DNA of 64,000 nucleotides from Lepagella sp. (GTDB lineage Bacteria; Bacteroidota; Bacteroidia; Bacteroidales; Muribaculaceae): contig JBJEKI010000047.1 in assembly GCA_051878555.1 (NCBI GenBank), forward strand, positions 47,203 to 111,202, written 5' to 3'. The notes beneath the pieces were generated by a model. The model was not told the origin of the DNA. It saw only the letters and a program-made list of their open reading frames with translations, and made no database searches. Within the stretch, counting starts at the first letter, position 1, and every line of letters begins with the position of its first letter. The translations under genes were made by a program, and so were the position numbers. Positions 61,568-64,000 of the stretch are shown here, piece after piece.

Positions 61568-64000
61568 ATGGAATACAACCACCAGGAAATCGAAAAGCGC
61601 TGGCAAGAGTTTTGGCGCTGCAACCATGTCTATGAGGTTCATGAGGATCCCTCTCGTCCTAAGTTCTATGTGCTCGATATGTTCCCCTATCCCTCGGGAG
61701 CAGGTCTGCATGTCGGTCATCCCCTTGGCTATATAGCAAGCGATATTTATGCTCGCTTTAAGCGCCAACAGGGGTTTAACGTGCTTCATCCGATGGGCTA
61801 TGACGCTTACGGCCTCCCCGCTGAGCAGTATGCCATCCAGACCGGTCAACACCCCGAGAAGACTACTGTCGAGAATATCAACCGCTATCGTGAGCAACTC
61901 GATAAGATCGGCTTTTCGTTCGATTGGAGCCGCGAGGTTCGCACTTGCGATCCCAAGTATTATCGATGGACTCAGTGGGCGTTTATGCAGATGTTCAATT
62001 CTTATTATGATCTTGACCTTAACAAGGCTATGCCGATCGACCGCCTCGTCGAGCATTTCGCCAAGTCGGGATCTGAGGGCGTGAATGCCGCCTGCGGCAA
62101 GACTCTCTCTTTCTCCGCCGAGGAGTGGAATGCCCTCTCCGAGGCTCAGCAACGTGAACGCTTGATGAATTATCGCATCGCTTATCAAGGCGAAACTATG
62201 GTGAATTGGTGCCCAAAACTCGGCACAGTCCTCGCCAATGATGAGGTGAGCGAGGGCCTCAGCGTCCGCGGCGGTTTCCCCGTAGAGCAGAAGGTTATGA
62301 ATCAGTGGTGCCTCCGTGTGTCGGCTTACGCCCCTCGTCTGCTCGATGACCTCGACTCTCTCCAATGGAGCGATTCGCTCAAGGAGACCCAACGTAATTG
62401 GATCGGTCGCTCCGAAGGTGCCGAAATGAAGTTTAAAGTCGCTGACTCGGATGTAGTCCTCGATATCTTCACCACTCGCGCTGATACCATCTTCGGAGTT
62501 ACTTTTATGGTGCTCGCCCCGGAGTCGAAATATGTCGATCTTCTCACCACTCCCGACCGTCGGAAGGAGGTACAGGCTTATCTCGAAGAGGTGAAGCATA
62601 AGACCGAACGTGAACGCCAGATCGAGAAGAAGGTATCGGGCGTATTCACCGGCAGCTATGCCGTCAATCCCCTCACCGGAAAGCAGATCCCCGTATGGGT
62701 TAGCGATTATGTCCTCGCCGGTTATGGCACCGGTGCCATCATGGCGGTGCCGGCTCACGATTCCCGTGACTATGCCTTCGCTCGCCATTTCGACCTCCCC
62801 ATCATCCCTCTGATCGAGGGCGCCGATGTCTCCGAACAAAGCTTCGATGCAAAGGAAGGGCGTATGATCAATTCACAAAGCGAGGACCTCAACCTCAATG
62901 GCCTTGAAGTCAAGGAGGCTATCGCGCGCACCAAAAAGTATATCGAAGAGAAGGGCCTCGGCAAGGTGAAGGTGAATTATCGCCTCCGTGATGCCATCTT
63001 CTCTCGCCAAAGATATTGGGGCGAACCTTTCCCCATATATTATAAGGAGGGTACTCCCTATCTGATCGATGAGTCGCAACTCCCACTCCATCTCCCCCAG
63101 GTGTCAAGTTATCTCCCCACCGAGGATGGCCAGCCTCCTCTGGCTCGCGCCAAGGATTGGACGACACCCGACGGATTCCCCCTCGAACTCTGCACAATGC
63201 CCGGTTTCGCCGGTTCGTCGGCTTATTACCTCCGATATATGGATCCTCACAATGATATGGCTCTCGTCAGCCCCGAGGCTAACCAATATTGGAGAAATGT
63301 CGACCTTTATGTCGGCGGCGCCGAACATGCCACAGGCCATTTGATTTATTCCCGATTCTGGAATAAGTTCCTCTTCGACCTCGGTGTCGTCGCCGAGCCG
63401 GAACCCTTCAAGAAGCTCGTAAACCAGGGTATGATCCAGGGGTGTAGCAGTTTCGTGTATCGTGTCAAAGGATCCAACACTTTCGTGAGCCATGGCCTCC
63501 GCAAGGAGTATGACACCGCCCCCATCCGCGTAGACATCTCGATGGTGTCGAACAATGTCCTCGACACTGAGAAGTTCAAAGCGTGGAGACCCGATTTCGC
63601 CAATGCCGAGTTTATACTCGAGGATGGTAAGTATATCTGCGGGTCGGCTGTCGAGAAGATGTCGAAGTCGATGTTCAATGTCGTCAACCCCGATGATATC
63701 GTCGAGAAGTATGGCGCCGATACTCTCCGCCTCTATGAGATGTTCCTCGGCCCGGTCGAGCAGTCAAAGCCTTGGGACACCAACGGCATCGATGGCGTCA
63801 ACCGCTTCATCAAGAAGCTCTGGGGATTCTTCGATAAGGTCGACCTCAATTCGGATGCCGAAATGTCCAAGGAGGAGAGCAAGGCTATCAATAAGCTGAT
63901 CAAGAAGGTGACTTCCGACATCGAGGCTTTCTCTTACAATACCTCCGTCTCAGCCTTTATGATAGCTCTGAATGAGTTGTCTCAACTCAAGTCGACAAGT
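61568..64000 (+). CDS. leuS: Leucine--tRNA ligase (partial, runs off the window)
   Basis: Manual translation: [13 protein letters not shown]...[14 protein letters not shown] (HIGH motif), KMSKS near 63657-63671; missing from the ORF track because there is no stop in the window. Confidence 0.97.
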   Translation, partial: MEYNHQEIEKRWQEFWRCNHVYEVHEDPSRPKFYVLDMFPYPSGAGLHVGHPLGYIASDIYARFKRQQGFNVLHPMGYDAYGLPAEQYAIQTGQHPEKTTVENINRYREQLDKIGFSFDWSREVRTCDPKYYRWTQWAFMQMFNSYYDLDLNKAMPIDRLVEHFAKSGSEGVNAACGKTLSFSAEEWNALSEAQQRERLMNYRIAYQGETMVNWCPKLGTVLANDEVSEGLSVRGGFPVEQKVMNQWCLRVSAYAPRLLDDLDSLQWSDSLKETQRNWIGRSEGAEMKFKVADSDVVLDIFTTRADTIFGVTFMVLAPESKYVDLLTTPDRRKEVQAYLEEVKHKTERERQIEKKVSGVFTGSYAVNPLTGKQIPVWVSDYVLAGYGTGAIMAVPAHDSRDYAFARHFDLPIIPLIEGADVSEQSFDAKEGRMINSQSEDLNLNGLEVKEAIARTKKYIEEKGLGKVKVNYRLRDAIFSRQRYWGEPFPIYYKEGTPYLIDESQLPLHLPQVSSYLPTEDGQPPLARAKDWTTPDGFPLELCTMPGFAGSSAYYLRYMDPHNDMALVSPEANQYWRNVDLYVGGAEHATGHLIYSRFWNKFLFDLGVVAEPEPFKKLVNQGMIQGCSSFVYRVKGSNTFVSHGLRKEYDTAPIRVDISMVSNNVLDTEKFKAWRPDFANAEFILEDGKYICGSAVEKMSKSMFNVVNPDDIVEKYGADTLRLYEMFLGPVEQSKPWDTNGIDGVNRFIKKLWGFFDKVDLNSDAEMSKEESKAINKLIKKVTSDIEAFSYNTSVSAFMIALNELSQLKSTS

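Noticed and set aside
61556-62839. 427-aa minus-strand ORF and other ORFs in 61.5-64 kb
   Set aside because: These are antisense shadows of leuS, which the track omitted only because it lacks a stop in the window.

Overview
Chromosomal window from a Bacteroidales bacterium, probably a gut Muribaculaceae-like lineage. The evidence is the TAnnTTTG promoters, T9SS genes and Bacteroides-type CarAB, GuaAB, TnaA and LeuS. Contents from left to right: (1) the 5' end of a phage-like terminase operon; (2) an orphan promoter-terminator unit that may be an sRNA; (3) surE, a GT2 gene and mtaB; (4) an AT-rich Sau3AI-like restriction-modification pair whose methylase carries an extra C-terminal domain; (5) tRNA-Asp, then aroQ, an O-methyltransferase, rbfA, a LolE-like permease and tnaA; (6) a ~26 kb co-directional purine plus pyrimidine biosynthesis supercluster of 19 genes, many of Firmicutes type, including a PyrB fused to a PyrI zinc domain and a candidate attenuator upstream of carA; (7) panB; (8) wecA-wza-wzc-wzb-MATE; (9) mrp, trmB, scattered glycosyltransferases and a GH3-family gene; (10) an epsG / rdgB-porZ / LRR-cargo / GT2 cluster; (11) partial leuS. 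The most striking feature is one uninterrupted reading frame joining the cytoplasmic RdgB/HAM1 pyrophosphatase to a PorZ-like T9SS protein, where the last RdgB helix doubles as the N-region of a signal peptide. All family calls come from recognising motifs by eye; no database searches were run.
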